Of a stretch of DNA of 64,000 bases, positions 8,575 through 19,269 are shown one piece after another. The notes beneath the pieces were generated by a model that was not told the origin of the DNA, made no database searches, and worked only from the letters and a program-made list of their open reading frames with translations. This DNA is from Vulcanimicrobiota bacterium (lineage in GTDB: Bacteria > Vulcanimicrobiota > Vulcanimicrobiia > Vulcanimicrobiales > Vulcanimicrobiaceae), in NCBI GenBank assembly GCA_963795855.1, contig CAWCIZ010000002.1:576001-640000 (forward strand). The letters run 5' to 3'. The position numbers and the translations under genes are program-made. Positions within the stretch are counted from its first letter, which is position 1. Every line of letters begins with the position of its first letter.

Positions 8575-10602
8575 ATGATGCTCGCTGCGATTGCCTTTTC
8601 ATTGGCACAGGTTCTTTCGTATCCGCTTCCTACGGCGCTCAGCGCGAGCGCCGATGGCCGCACGATCGTCTACGCTATAAATCAGCAGGGCAAGCGCAGC
8701 ATTTGGATCGCGCGCGCACCGCAATATCAACCCAAAAGAATCGTCGCGTACACGAGCGACGATGGGCAGAGCATCGGTTCGGTGCAAATCTCGGCGGACG
8801 GCTCGCACGTCGTGTACGTGCACGGGAATTCCGAGAATCCGAGCCTGCAACTGAGCAAACCAGAGCCACAGGTCTACGCCGTCGACGTGGGCACCGGCGC
8901 CCAGGCGCTGCTCGGTGCGGGATATGGGCCGGCGATCTCGGCCGACGGCGCGCAAGTCGCGTTTCTCAATAAAAATGCGGTCTGGACAGTTCCCATTGAC
9001 GGGCAAACGGCGGCGAGGCAACTGTTCTACGATCAAGGCAAGGATTCGGATCTGCAGTGGCAGCCGCACGGCGATGCGCTGGCGTTCACCTCGACGCGCG
9101 ACGATCACTCGCTCATCGGCGTTTATCGGGGCCCGAATCGGCCGCTGCAATTTCTTGCGCCGTCCGTTTACAATGACATGGAAGAACGCTGGTCGCCGGA
9201 CGGCACGCGCATCGCGTTCGCACGCACACCGGGTGACGGCGGCGCGCCGCAGTCGCCGCTGCAGCGGCCGATTGTGCCGTGGTCGCTCATGGTTGCGCAG
9301 ATCTCCGATGGAAGCGCGCGCGCCATGTGGCGCGGTCCGCGCACCGAACGCGCGTCGTTTCCGACCGAAGGGGGCGACGTCGATCTCACGTGGGCCGGAA
9401 ACGATCGAGTCGTATTCATCAGCGAGATGGACAATTGGCCGCATCTGTACGCGGTCAGTGCAGAGCAGAGTGCGAAGCGATTAACGAGCGGCAATTTCGC
9501 AGTCACGTCGTTCACCGTTTCTCCTGATGGGCAATCGATAATCTACTCGGCGAATACCGGTAGAACGGCGGGTGATATCGATCGCTGGCATCTGTACCGC
9601 GTGAATATTGCGAACGGGGCAACGCAGACCTTGACCTCGGGCGCATCGTCGCAGTGGTGGCCGGCGCAGCTCGCGGACGGGCACATCATGTACGTCACCG
9701 CAACCGCGCAGCAGCCGCCGATGATTGCCTTCGCGGATGCAAACGGTTCGCAGCGGCGCCTGCTCGACGGCTTGCTGCTGCCGGGCGATTTTCCGGCATC
9801 GAAACTCGTCACGCCGCGCGACGTGACGTATCATGCGCCGGACGGCACGCTCATTCACGCGCAACTGTTTGAACCTTCCACAAACGCGCGCCGAGTGACA
9901 AACCGATACCCCGCGGTTATTTTCGTCCATGGCGGACCGATGCGACAGATGCTGCTGACCTGGAATTCGAGCGGATATTATTCCAATGCGTACGCGGTGG
10001 ACCAATATTTAGCGCAACGGGGTATCGCAGTTCTTTCCATCAACTATCGTTCGGGTATCGATTACGGGCACGATTTCCATTACGCGCTTCGCCGCGGATG
10101 GACCGGTGCGAGTGAATACCAAGACGTGCTCGCGGGGGCCCACTGGCTCCAGGCGCAGCGGGAAATCGACGGCGCACACATCGGCATCTGGGGCGGTTCG
10201 TGGGGCGGTTATCTGACGGCCCTTGCCCTGGCGCGAAACTCCGACGTCTTCAAGGCAGGAGTCGATTTTAGCGGCGTGCACAATCTCTCGCACGACGCGG
10301 TGTGGTACTTCCATGGCGAGCAGGCCGACACGATCGACCTGAAGCCGTGGATCCAACTCGGATGGCAATCTTCGCCGGATGCCTCGATTGCGAAATGGCG
10401 CTCGCCGGTGCTGCTGATTCAAGGCGACGACGATCCGGACGTTTCTTTTCATCAACTCGTCGACTTGGTGCCGCGTTTAGAGGAGCATCACGTGCCGTAT
10501 CAACTGCTGGTGTTCCCCGACGAGGGACATTCCTTCTTACGTTATGCAACGTGGTTGCGCGCCGATACGGCGACCGCCGCATTTTTGACGGAGCACTTGT
10601 AA
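8575..10602 (+). CDS. S9 family prolyl oligopeptidase/dipeptidyl peptidase with N-terminal beta-propeller
   Basis: PD40-like repeats (WSPDGTRIAF); VHGGP, GIWGGSWGG, QGDDDPDV, FPDEGHS catalytic triad motifs. Confidence 0.92.
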   Translation: MMLAAIAFSLAQVLSYPLPTALSASADGRTIVYAINQQGKRSIWIARAPQYQPKRIVAYTSDDGQSIGSVQISADGSHVVYVHGNSENPSLQLSKPEPQVYAVDVGTGAQALLGAGYGPAISADGAQVAFLNKNAVWTVPIDGQTAARQLFYDQGKDSDLQWQPHGDALAFTSTRDDHSLIGVYRGPNRPLQFLAPSVYNDMEERWSPDGTRIAFARTPGDGGAPQSPLQRPIVPWSLMVAQISDGSARAMWRGPRTERASFPTEGGDVDLTWAGNDRVVFISEMDNWPHLYAVSAEQSAKRLTSGNFAVTSFTVSPDGQSIIYSANTGRTAGDIDRWHLYRVNIANGATQTLTSGASSQWWPAQLADGHIMYVTATAQQPPMIAFADANGSQRRLLDGLLLPGDFPASKLVTPRDVTYHAPDGTLIHAQLFEPSTNARRVTNRYPAVIFVHGGPMRQMLLTWNSSGYYSNAYAVDQYLAQRGIAVLSINYRSGIDYGHDFHYALRRGWTGASEYQDVLAGAHWLQAQREIDGAHIGIWGGSWGGYLTALALARNSDVFKAGVDFSGVHNLSHDAVWYFHGEQADTIDLKPWIQLGWQSSPDASIAKWRSPVLLIQGDDDPDVSFHQLVDLVPRLEEHHVPYQLLVFPDEGHSFLRYATWLRADTATAAFLTEHL

Positions 10603-10676
10603 CATCGTGCTGGCCGGATCACGACGAGCGGGGAACGACCTTGTTTGGTTTGCGGCGCCACAATGACGCACCCTTA

Positions 10677-12119
10677 CTAGTAAGTCAGCGTATCGATAAC
10701 CTCGGCGCCCGCAACGAGGCCGTCGTCATCGCGGCTGTATGCGTAAAGCAGCGTTTTCTTCGCCGTCTTTACCATGAAGAGATACGCGGTGGTGGGCGGC
10801 CGGCGATCCGTCGAAACCAGCTTGTACGTGCGACTGCCCAATGACCCGAGCGCTTGCAACGCCGCGCGGTGCGCCGGAATCAGATGCGCGCGAAAGTCCG
10901 GACGCAACTTCGACATGTCGACGCGGCCGGCGATTGCATCGTCGAGCCAGCGCTGAGCCGCCGCGACCATTGCCGGATCCGCCGGCGGGCGCGCGGCCTT
11001 ACCGGGCGTGGCTCCAGGATGCGGCGAGGGCTTCACCGCCGCGGACGGAACGAGCGCGCGATACAGCGCGGACACCGTGCTGTTGTAGCTGAACGCACCG
11101 CTGTTCGCTAAGACGACGATGCCGAGATGGTCGTCCGGAAAACGCGCATCCTGCGTTGCGGCGCCGTACGTGTTGCCGCCGTGCGAGATCATCAAGTGCC
11201 CGTTCGGCAAATGCGAAATCTCGATTCCGAATCCGTAATCCGGAAACGGATCGTTTTTACCGATGCGGTGCGGCGTCATCATTTCGGTGAGCGAATGCTT
11301 GGAGAGCAGTCTTCCGCCGGATAGCGCGGCATTCCACTTTGCAAGGTCGCGAGCGTTACTGATGATCGCTCCCGCGCCGCCGAACCACGTGTAATCCAGG
11401 TGCGTCGCGTGCTCCCACGGTCCGAGCGCAAACGACTCGTATTCCGTCGCGACGTTGGGGCGCGTGTCGTCGTAGCCGCGCACGAAGGTCGACGTCATGC
11501 CGAGCGGTTTAAAGATCCGCTGCTCGAGGAAATCGCCGTAACTCATGCCGGAAACGTGTTCGATGAGCAGCGCCAGCAGATTGTATCCGGTATTCGAATA
11601 CTCGCGCGCCGTTCCGGGCGTGAATGCAAGCGGCCGATGATCGACCGAGTTCACCAAGTCCTGCAGCGTGGTCGGGCGGTTCCCGATTTCATCGAAGGTC
11701 CCGATCTCGGTGTATTCCGCGTAACCGCCGGAGTGCGTGAGCAAATTGCGCAGCGTCACCTGGTTCGCATGCGGGATATTCGGCAAGTATTTGGAGAGGC
11801 GATCGTCGACGTTCAGTTTCCCTTCGTCCTGAAGCATCAGGATCGCCGTCGCGGTGAACTGCTTGGTGTTCGAACCGATCGGGTAACTCGTGTCGCCGCG
11901 CGCGGGGACCGCATCCTCGACGTTCATGTAGCCGAAGCCCTTGGCATAAACCACCGAGCCGCGGCTCAGGATCGCAATGGTGACGCCCGGCGCCGCTCGC
12001 CCGGCGACCGACTTGTTTCCAATGGCATTAATCGCAGCGATTTGTTGCGGCGTGAGCGAAAGGGGCGCAGCGCCGAGAAGGCCCAGCAGTGCCGCTGCAG
12101 CGGCGATCGTTCGAATCAT
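10677..12119 (-). CDS. Serine hydrolase, beta-lactamase/AmpC-like family
   Basis: SxxK (SNTK), LLTHSGG, YSN, HGG motifs; signal peptide. Confidence 0.9.
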   Translation of the reverse strand: MIRTIAAAAALLGLLGAAPLSLTPQQIAAINAIGNKSVAGRAAPGVTIAILSRGSVVYAKGFGYMNVEDAVPARGDTSYPIGSNTKQFTATAILMLQDEGKLNVDDRLSKYLPNIPHANQVTLRNLLTHSGGYAEYTEIGTFDEIGNRPTTLQDLVNSVDHRPLAFTPGTAREYSNTGYNLLALLIEHVSGMSYGDFLEQRIFKPLGMTSTFVRGYDDTRPNVATEYESFALGPWEHATHLDYTWFGGAGAIISNARDLAKWNAALSGGRLLSKHSLTEMMTPHRIGKNDPFPDYGFGIEISHLPNGHLMISHGGNTYGAATQDARFPDDHLGIVVLANSGAFSYNSTVSALYRALVPSAAVKPSPHPGATPGKAARPPADPAMVAAAQRWLDDAIAGRVDMSKLRPDFRAHLIPAHRAALQALGSLGSRTYKLVSTDRRPPTTAYLFMVKTAKKTLLYAYSRDDDGLVAGAEVIDTLTY

Positions 12120-12196
12120 GCCGGGTCTTACGGCGCCTCAACGATATTTTCCCGCATTCGGCAGTATTTCGGCCGACATTCCCAAAAAGGCCAACC

Positions 12197-13753
12197 ATGA
12201 ACAAGACGGTCTTCGTGGGCGCAACGGTCGTGGACGGCACCGGCGGACCCGCTCGCGCGTGCGACGTGTTCGTTGACGCAGAGCGCATCGAAGACGTACG
12301 GCCGCATGCGGACACGCACGCAGGTTGGAGGACCGTCGATGCCACGGGTCTGGTAATCGCGCCGGGCTTCATCGACGTGCACTCGCACGGCGACAACGCC
12401 CCGCTTCTTCCCGAAGACGACACGATGAAGATACTGCAAGGCGTCACGACCGAAGTGGTCGGCAACTGCGGCATAAGCCTTGCGCCGACCTCACCGCAGC
12501 ACCGCCCCGCGATGCTGATCGGCACGCATTTTGCCGACCTGCTGCGTGCCACGGACGCGCGGGGGTACGTCACCAATTACGCGCCGCTCGTGGGACACGG
12601 CTCGCTGCGCGCGGCGGCAATGGGGATGGATCGCCGCGCAGCAACGGCGCAAGAACGCGCATCCATGCGGGCATCGCTCGAAGAAGCGATCGAGGCTGGA
12701 GCATTCGGGCTTTCCACAGGACTCATTTATCCGCCCGGCGTGTTTTCCGATTTGGACGAACTCGTCGATTTGGCGAAATGTCTGCCGGCCGGAACAATCT
12801 ACACATCGCACATCCGCGGCGAGGGCGATACGCTGCTCGACGCCGTCAGGGAGGCGTTGGCGATCGGCGAAAAAGCACGCGTTCCGGTGCAAATCTCGCA
12901 TCACAAAGCCAGCGGCAAGAAAAACTGGGGAAAGACGCGCGACTCGCTCGAGTTGATTCGACAAGCACGCGCGCGCGGCGTGGTGGTGCATCAAGACGTG
13001 TATCCTTACACCGCCGGCAGCACCTATTTGAAAGCGGTGCTCCCGCCCGAATTCCACGAGGGCGGGAATGAAGCGACGCTCGAGCGTCTGCGCGATCCGC
13101 AGCGATTGAAAGAACTGCGAAACACGATCGAGGGCGATACGGCGGATTTTCAAAATTTCGTTGCGGAAGCGGGATACGACGGAATTCTGATCGCGTTCAC
13201 GCCGAGCCATCGTTTCGAGGGCCGGACAATTGTCGAAATTGCGCGGGAGCGCGGCTGCTCGGAATTCGACGCGCTGATTCACGTTCTCGTGACCGAACAA
13301 CTGTCCGCGATGATGACGATCTTCCTGATGAACGAGGACGACATCGCGCGCGTACTGCGCGACGAACACACGGTCATCGGTTCGGACGGAGCGGCGCCCG
13401 GCGTGCAAGGGCGCCATCATCCGCGATCGTACGGCACCTTCCCGCGGGTCATCGCGCAACACGTGCGCGAACTCGGCACGCTTACGCTGGAAACAGCCAT
13501 TCACAAGATGACCGGCTTGCCGGCCCGCATTTTCAACATCGCCGATCGCGGCACGATCGCTCCGGGGAACTTCGCAGATCTGGTTGCGTTCGATCCGCAG
13601 ACGTTTTCGGACGATCTGGATTACCGCGATCCGGTGCGCAATCCGAAAGGCTTGGCCTGGGTGACGGTGCGCGGCACCGAAGTGGTTCGCGGTACGACGT
13701 ATCTGGGGAGGCGCTGCGGCGCACGATTGACGCCGGCGGCTTTCATGCAGTAG
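12197..13753 (+). CDS. N-acyl-D-amino-acid deacylase (amidohydrolase family)
   Basis: APGFIDVHSH, QGVTTEVVGNCG, GAFGLSTGLIYPPG, DVYPYTAGST, GSDG, HPRSYGTFPR. Confidence 0.92.
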   Translation: MNKTVFVGATVVDGTGGPARACDVFVDAERIEDVRPHADTHAGWRTVDATGLVIAPGFIDVHSHGDNAPLLPEDDTMKILQGVTTEVVGNCGISLAPTSPQHRPAMLIGTHFADLLRATDARGYVTNYAPLVGHGSLRAAAMGMDRRAATAQERASMRASLEEAIEAGAFGLSTGLIYPPGVFSDLDELVDLAKCLPAGTIYTSHIRGEGDTLLDAVREALAIGEKARVPVQISHHKASGKKNWGKTRDSLELIRQARARGVVVHQDVYPYTAGSTYLKAVLPPEFHEGGNEATLERLRDPQRLKELRNTIEGDTADFQNFVAEAGYDGILIAFTPSHRFEGRTIVEIARERGCSEFDALIHVLVTEQLSAMMTIFLMNEDDIARVLRDEHTVIGSDGAAPGVQGRHHPRSYGTFPRVIAQHVRELGTLTLETAIHKMTGLPARIFNIADRGTIAPGNFADLVAFDPQTFSDDLDYRDPVRNPKGLAWVTVRGTEVVRGTTYLGRRCGARLTPAAFMQ

Positions 13754-13809
13754 CTTGCCGACCCGTGGTCACACCCGCTGAAATGGGTTTTTCGCTAAAA
13801 CCGGACGCG

Positions 13810-14385
13810 TTAAAGCGGCGACCTCGCAGCGACGACGGCCGCGGCCATCGCGAGTTTGTGATCGGCGTTCCAAGGCGGACCGATTGTTTTGCGCAGTTCG
13901 AGAAAATATGCGTCGAGGTTTTCGAGGTGCAGTGCTTGCGTTGCGGAAGCGAAGACCGTCTTCGCGTCGTACCAATGGACCCGCAAACCGCGCGCCTCTG
14001 CAGCGCCGGCAAGTGCTTTGCGATACATCACCCAGTCGGCGAGGTTTCGCGCGCGGTAGTCTTTGATGCGTTCGGCAATCGTCGGCGGAAGCGGCGGGCA
14101 GATGCGAAGTGCTATGTCTTCAATCCCCGGTACCGCTGCCGCGGTGGCATCCAGCGCAAGCACCGCATGTTTTTCTGCGGAGGCGTGCACGCGCTCCACT
14201 AACGCGACGGCTGCAGCGTCCGGTAACATCTGCGCTTCGTGATGATGCGGAATACTCGGCAAGGACTCATCCACAAGTTCCACGCGGCGGCGATCCAGGA
14301 GCGTTCCATCGCGCGTTGCCGTCACGAACACCGCCCAGCCGCCGTGATCCGAAACGCCGATTATAGCGCGATTCGGGACCTTCAC
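13810..14385 (-). CDS. Conserved hypothetical protein
   Basis: IIGVSDHGGWAVFV...DRRRVELVD...PHHHE...GPPWNADHKLA; GTG start overlaps upstream stop (GTGA). Confidence 0.65.
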   Translation of the reverse strand: MKVPNRAIIGVSDHGGWAVFVTATRDGTLLDRRRVELVDESLPSIPHHHEAQMLPDAAAVALVERVHASAEKHAVLALDATAAAVPGIEDIALRICPPLPPTIAERIKDYRARNLADWVMYRKALAGAAEARGLRVHWYDAKTVFASATQALHLENLDAYFLELRKTIGPPWNADHKLAMAAAVVAARSPL

Positions 14386-15207
14386 ACCGCCGTCAGCGCC
14401 GTGGCCTGCAAAAACAAGCTGAACCAGTTGTAACGCTGCATCAGTTCGTCGTGCGCTACGGTCGTCAGCACGAACGTCGGTGCGCGGGTTTGCAACTCGG
14501 CCAGCGTCATGCCGTGCGCCGTATGGACGAAGATATTCGGCGTCGGCCCCTGGATCAGGGACATGAGGTAGACGTTTCCGTTTTCCGTGTCCGCGGTGAA
14601 AAGGCTGAGCAAATGATTGCCGTCTCGCGCTTTGACCCAAGACGCGAAGACGTCGTAGAACGCATACGCGGTGTCGAACATGAGGACGTCGGTAATGGCA
14701 TCGCTCAATCCACCGCGAGCCAGAACGCCCGCTTCGCCGCCGTAACCGCCACTGTGCGAACTTAGGACGACTTTTCCGGTGCCGGTCGCTTGCGTTACGC
14801 CCTGCGTACGCAGAAACGCGGCGATCTCATCGATGAGACGCGCGAAGCCCGCCGTCATCGTGCTCGAGCTTGCCGAAGTCGTCATCGCGCGCATCTTTGG
14901 GGCCCTGCGGAACCACGAGGATCGCGTTGCGCCCACTCAGATCCAGTTGTTCGCGTAATCGATAGCGCTGCAGCACGTGGCTGACGTCATTGCAAAAGCC
15001 GTGAAAGTGAACGACGTAGTCGATGGTGTCGGTGGCACGGAAGGCCGCGGGAACGTAAATGCCGACGGTGGAGTCGCGATATGGACGCCCCGCATGCGGA
15101 TACGGCGCGGCATCGAACGGCCGCAGGAACGTACGTCCTTTGAGAGCGGGCAACACCGGCGACGCGAGCGCGCCTCCGGCGATACAGAGGAAATCGGAGC
15201 GACGCAT
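14382..15207 (-). CDS. Tat-type secreted alpha/beta-hydrolase-like protein; frameshift near 14855
   Basis: MRRSDFL signal; VVHFHG, ILVVPQGP, LSSHSGG elbow, MFDTAY; ORFs 14827..15222 and 14382..14936 join. Confidence 0.7.
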
Positions 15208-15255
15208 AAGCCGTTGTTCCATTTGTTGGGCTACGCCCCTCTCGTCGATTGTCGA

Positions 15256-16356
15256 TCAGCGTTTCGCGAACGAGCCGATCGCAAGCGCAGCCTCCGCGAA
15301 GGCTGCGCGCCGCAGGCGGTACATGACGAAGTATCCGTTGCGGTCGCGTTCCACCAGACCAGCGTGAAAAAGCATGCGCAGATGCCGCGAAACTTGCGGC
15401 TCGGTCGTGTCCAGAAAGCCGGCCAGTTCGCGCGTGGACAAATCCCTTGCGCCAAGCAATTCCACGATGCGCAGCCGCGTTTCATTGCCGAGAGCCGCAA
15501 CACTTCGCGCAAGGGCTGCACGATCTCGCAGCGGCCTTGTGCGAGCAGAGAGCGGGACGACCGGGTAGGCGATGCTGACGCGCAATCCACGCGGCGTGCG
15601 AAGGACGAACGCCTGCAAATGGGGCCAACAGAAATACGAGGGCTCCAGCGTGACCGTGCAGCGCCCGCTCAGATCCACTTGCGCGTCGGCGGCGCCAAAA
15701 ACCAGCGTTGCGCTGCCGTCGCGAGCCTGCCGAACCGAAAGATCATTTGAGAGCGTGCGCATCAGCGCGGTAACGCCGTGGTTTTCGAGCAGCGCCCGGC
15801 GCATTGCGATGTCGTTCAGTAGGCGCGAATGGATCTCGCCCCACACCGGCTCGACGATTTCTGCTTGCACTTGCAGGAGCATGCCGCAGAACCGTTCCAA
15901 ACTCGCAGCGGGCGACGCGACGAACTCGTCCAGCATCGGGCCTGCATCCGGATGACGTTCTGAATATTCCCGGACAGCACGGCGGTACCAGCGCGGCTTG
16001 TCCAGCTCCCGAACCTGATTTGCAGCAAGAAGTTTCGCGCCGCTGAGCCGTCGCACGACGGCTTCGCGGTACGCGCCTACATTCCGACCAAGCACGTCGA
16101 TCTCTGCGGCAGCCGTGCCGGAGCGCGTCCCGCGCCAAAGTTTCGGAAATATCTCCGCTCCCGATGAAAACAAAAACCGGAAGTGCGCCATCTCCGAGCG
16201 CAGCCGCAGCGTGAGGCGCCGTCGAGCATTTCGGATCCACGGCATCTGCTCCGCATGGTGCGCCGGATGCAAGAGCACCTCGACGCTGCGCAGCGTCTCG
16301 CGCGCGGCGGAGAAAGCGAAATGGACCTGGCCCTCGCGGACGCCGTTCAGCTGCAT
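15256..16356 (-). CDS. ArsR-family regulator with N-terminal DUF5937-like domain
   Basis: HFAFSAARETLRS, LEPSYFCWPH, IAYP; C-terminal ALGNETRLRIVELL..STRELA..VSRHLRML..AGLV. Confidence 0.85.
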   Translation of the reverse strand: MQLNGVREGQVHFAFSAARETLRSVEVLLHPAHHAEQMPWIRNARRRLTLRLRSEMAHFRFLFSSGAEIFPKLWRGTRSGTAAAEIDVLGRNVGAYREAVVRRLSGAKLLAANQVRELDKPRWYRRAVREYSERHPDAGPMLDEFVASPAASLERFCGMLLQVQAEIVEPVWGEIHSRLLNDIAMRRALLENHGVTALMRTLSNDLSVRQARDGSATLVFGAADAQVDLSGRCTVTLEPSYFCWPHLQAFVLRTPRGLRVSIAYPVVPLSARTRPLRDRAALARSVAALGNETRLRIVELLGARDLSTRELAGFLDTTEPQVSRHLRMLFHAGLVERDRNGYFVMYRLRRAAFAEAALAIGSFAKR

Positions 16357-16414
16357 TGATTGCGTATTCCGATAATCAGTTGCCGGTCTGCACCGGGACG
16401 CTTATCATACCGGA

Positions 16415-17545
16415 ATGCACCTGATTTTTCTATGCCTGCTCGCGCTGCGCGCCGGTTCGACGCCGGCGCCCGGAGATACGCTCTTCGCGCACGGCCGGTT
16501 TACCGAAGCGAACGCTGCATACGCAAAAGCCGTTGCGATCGATTCGCGCGACGTTGACGCGCATGCAGGCCTCGCGCGTGTCGCGCTCTTCGAAAATCGT
16601 TTGGGTGAAGCGGCGCGGGAGGCCCACGCGGCGCTCGCGCTCGATCCTCACAACCGCGTCGCAGAACGGATACTCCACACCGTCGCGCAGCGTCGCGGCG
16701 TGCTGGAAAGTGCGCAAAAACTCGACATTCCCGCTGGAGGCATCATCGTTCCCTTTTTGGCGGTCGATCCGCTGCCGCTGATGCAGTTCAAGGTCAACGG
16801 CCGCATCGGGAATTTTTTACTCGACACGGGCGGCCCGGACGTCGTTCTTGATCCGGGTTTTGCAAACGAACTGGGCTTGGCGGTTACAGGCGGCAAGACC
16901 GGCACGTTCGCGGGCGGGCGCACCGCCCAGGTTCGGCAAACCTTCATTTCCGAAATGAGCGTCGGGCCGCTCGTGCTGCACAACTTGAATGCCGACGTCC
17001 TTCCATCGCGCGGGCTTCCGTTTTTCGGCGAACGCAAGGTCGACGGAGTCGTCGGTACCGTGTTCTTATCGCGGTTTCTTGCGACGATCGATTACCCGCA
17101 TCGACGGCTGGTCCTCAAACCGCGCACCGGCGCCGCTCCGCCCGGTACCGCAGTACCGATGTGGCTGGTTGGCGACCACTTCATCTTCGCCCGGGGCAGC
17201 GTCAACGGCTTGCGCGACCAACTTTTTCTCGTGGACTCCGGCTTGGCGGGCGGCGGCTTTTCACCCGAGGCGAAAACGATAGCGGCCGCGCACCTGAAGA
17301 CGTTTCCGGACAAGGCGCAAACCGGCATCGGCGGCGGCGGTCCCGTCAAGTTCATTCCGGTTGTCGCAGACGAATTATGCCTCGCGAATGCATGCCAAAA
17401 GGACATTCCCGGCATGTATACACCCGAGGGATCGCCGTTGGCGATGTTCCCGTTTGCGGTGTCGGGCGCAGTATCGCATAAGTACTTGGAGCACTACGCG
17501 GTAACGCTCGATTTTTCGAGGATGGAGCTGACGCTGTCGCCCTGA
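16415..17545 (+). CDS. Secreted TPR plus tandem retropepsin-like aspartyl protease
   Basis: Signal peptide, TPR-like helices, FLLDTGG and FLVDSGL catalytic motifs, DGVVGTVFL. Confidence 0.85.
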   Translation: MHLIFLCLLALRAGSTPAPGDTLFAHGRFTEANAAYAKAVAIDSRDVDAHAGLARVALFENRLGEAAREAHAALALDPHNRVAERILHTVAQRRGVLESAQKLDIPAGGIIVPFLAVDPLPLMQFKVNGRIGNFLLDTGGPDVVLDPGFANELGLAVTGGKTGTFAGGRTAQVRQTFISEMSVGPLVLHNLNADVLPSRGLPFFGERKVDGVVGTVFLSRFLATIDYPHRRLVLKPRTGAAPPGTAVPMWLVGDHFIFARGSVNGLRDQLFLVDSGLAGGGFSPEAKTIAAAHLKTFPDKAQTGIGGGGPVKFIPVVADELCLANACQKDIPGMYTPEGSPLAMFPFAVSGAVSHKYLEHYAVTLDFSRMELTLSP

Positions 17546-17584
17546 GCGGGATGAGTCGCGCGCTGTTCGCGAAATATCGAGGGT

Positions 17585-18607
17585 ATGAATAGGTTCGAGT
17601 TCACCGTCTCGTCCGCAGCAGCGGTTGCCGCAATGGTGTCACCGATTCAGGCTGCCGCAAATCCGCCGGCTAGGCCGGCGTTTCGATTTCGCAGCGGCTT
17701 CTGGCAGAATTTACACCATACGCTGTACTATCAGGCGCAGGTGCTCGAAACGATCTACGGTGCCGGCGTCGGGCAGCTTGCGCCCATCGATCGTGCCGCC
17801 GATCGAGACTTCCTGACGGCTACCAACGCAAACGAAGATCTTTGGTTTCGCGCCATACGCATCTACCACGACCACTACGCCTCGATGAGTTTCGTTTTCG
17901 ACCAGACGCTTATGAACGCCGACAACGCCATTTCCGGGGACGAGGCGCAGCCATTACCGGCATCGCTTCCGGCGCCGATGCGCGAAGCGCTCCGCATCGC
18001 CGCGCCCGTTTACAGGAACGCGCTATGGAAAACGCACGACGCATCCAACCGCGCCTTCATCGATCGGCTCAGCGCCCTCGTCACGCGATATCATGCCGGC
18101 CTATCCGCGCGTTTGGCTCGTATTTATGCAGCGCAGTGGCTCGCGCAGCCCTACGTCGTGGATGTCGTGCAGTACGCGCAGTGGAACGGCTCCTACTCCA
18201 ATAACGCGGGCGATTTCGTGCACATCGTTATGTCGGCGCAAGATCCATCGGAACGCGGTATGGGTTCGCTCGACATGCTGTTTCACGAAGCGTCACACTC
18301 GGTCGCCGATCCGCAGCACGGAACGATCGGAGGCCCGATAACGGCTGCAGCAGCGAAACTGAACCGGCCGGTGCCCGACCAGTTTTGGCATGCGGTCATC
18401 ATGTACGCGCCCGGAAAAACAGTGGAAGACCTCGCGAAAACATCGAACGAAAAGTACACGATGGTGTGGATGCAGCCGGGACTCTTCGGCGGCTCCTGGC
18501 GCCGGTATTACGACGCTTTGCAGACGCACTTCTATCGGTACATGCAGGGAACAGGAACGCTCGATTCCGCACTGGCCGCGTGCGTCAGGGAGATTGTGAG
18601 TCTATGA
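17585..18607 (+). CDS. Secreted putative zinc metallopeptidase-like protein
   Basis: Tat-like N-terminus MNRFEF; DMLFHEASH (HExxH). Confidence 0.6.
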   Translation: MNRFEFTVSSAAAVAAMVSPIQAAANPPARPAFRFRSGFWQNLHHTLYYQAQVLETIYGAGVGQLAPIDRAADRDFLTATNANEDLWFRAIRIYHDHYASMSFVFDQTLMNADNAISGDEAQPLPASLPAPMREALRIAAPVYRNALWKTHDASNRAFIDRLSALVTRYHAGLSARLARIYAAQWLAQPYVVDVVQYAQWNGSYSNNAGDFVHIVMSAQDPSERGMGSLDMLFHEASHSVADPQHGTIGGPITAAAAKLNRPVPDQFWHAVIMYAPGKTVEDLAKTSNEKYTMVWMQPGLFGGSWRRYYDALQTHFYRYMQGTGTLDSALAACVREIVSL

Positions 18608-19050
18608 TTCGGCGAATTGCCGCGCCCACGTCTCCCCCGCCGCCAAAGTACACAACCTCCCAGTAGTTGTCTTCCGGATCCGCAAAATATGCGGATCGGC
18701 CATCGAAAAGCGTTGCCTCCACGGGTTCTTTCGTAATGCGGCCTCCGCCCGAACGAATCTTCGCGATCGCCGAATCGACCTGTTCTCGGGAATCGACATT
18801 CATTGCGAGGGTAAACCCGCGCATTCCGGTTCCCGGCGAGTTCGCTTTGAGCTCGAGCATCCGCTTCGAGCGCGCTTAGCTCGAAGACGGCGAGCAACGC
18901 GCCCAGCGTTTGAAATACGACGAAGTCTTCAGAATCCACGAGCAGCGGCCAACCAAGGCCGGCGTAGAAGTCGCGTAGTTTCTTCACGCTACGCGCGCCA
19001 AGCGTTATTACGGTCATGCGCGGCGGCACGCCGCGGTCTTCAGATGACAT
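18585..19050 (-). CDS. VOC/glyoxalase family protein; frameshift near 18850
   Basis: MTVITLGARSVKKLRDFYAGLGW joins GFTLAMNVDSREQVD...GRSAYFADPEDNYWEV. Confidence 0.85.
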
Positions 19051-19269
19051 AGCGCCCTTCTATTGCGCCTCCGCGCTAGGTAGAAGTTCGACGAATGGAG
19101 CCGAAGAACATGGGAGCGCGCGCATAACCAACAGGCGCTAGGAACGGCAAGCCGGGAAACCTAAAGCGGCAGAGGAGCCGGTTGCGCGCATGATGATGAG
19201 TGAATTGGCAAAGAAGTGGGAGACGCAATTGACGCCCGTGCCAGAAGCATACTGGTTCGTCTCCTAGTG

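Noticed and set aside
10677..12119. Antibiotic-resistance beta-lactamase
   Set aside because: SxxK/YxN/HGG pattern fits the broad serine hydrolase/D-peptidase family rather than a class A or C enzyme
19110..19235. GGCAAGCCGGGAAACC...AGCCGGTTGC resembling a c-di-GMP-I riboswitch
   Set aside because: The GACGCAAAGC junction and P2/P3 order are missing; may be a gene remnant. Only an Rfam scan could rescue it
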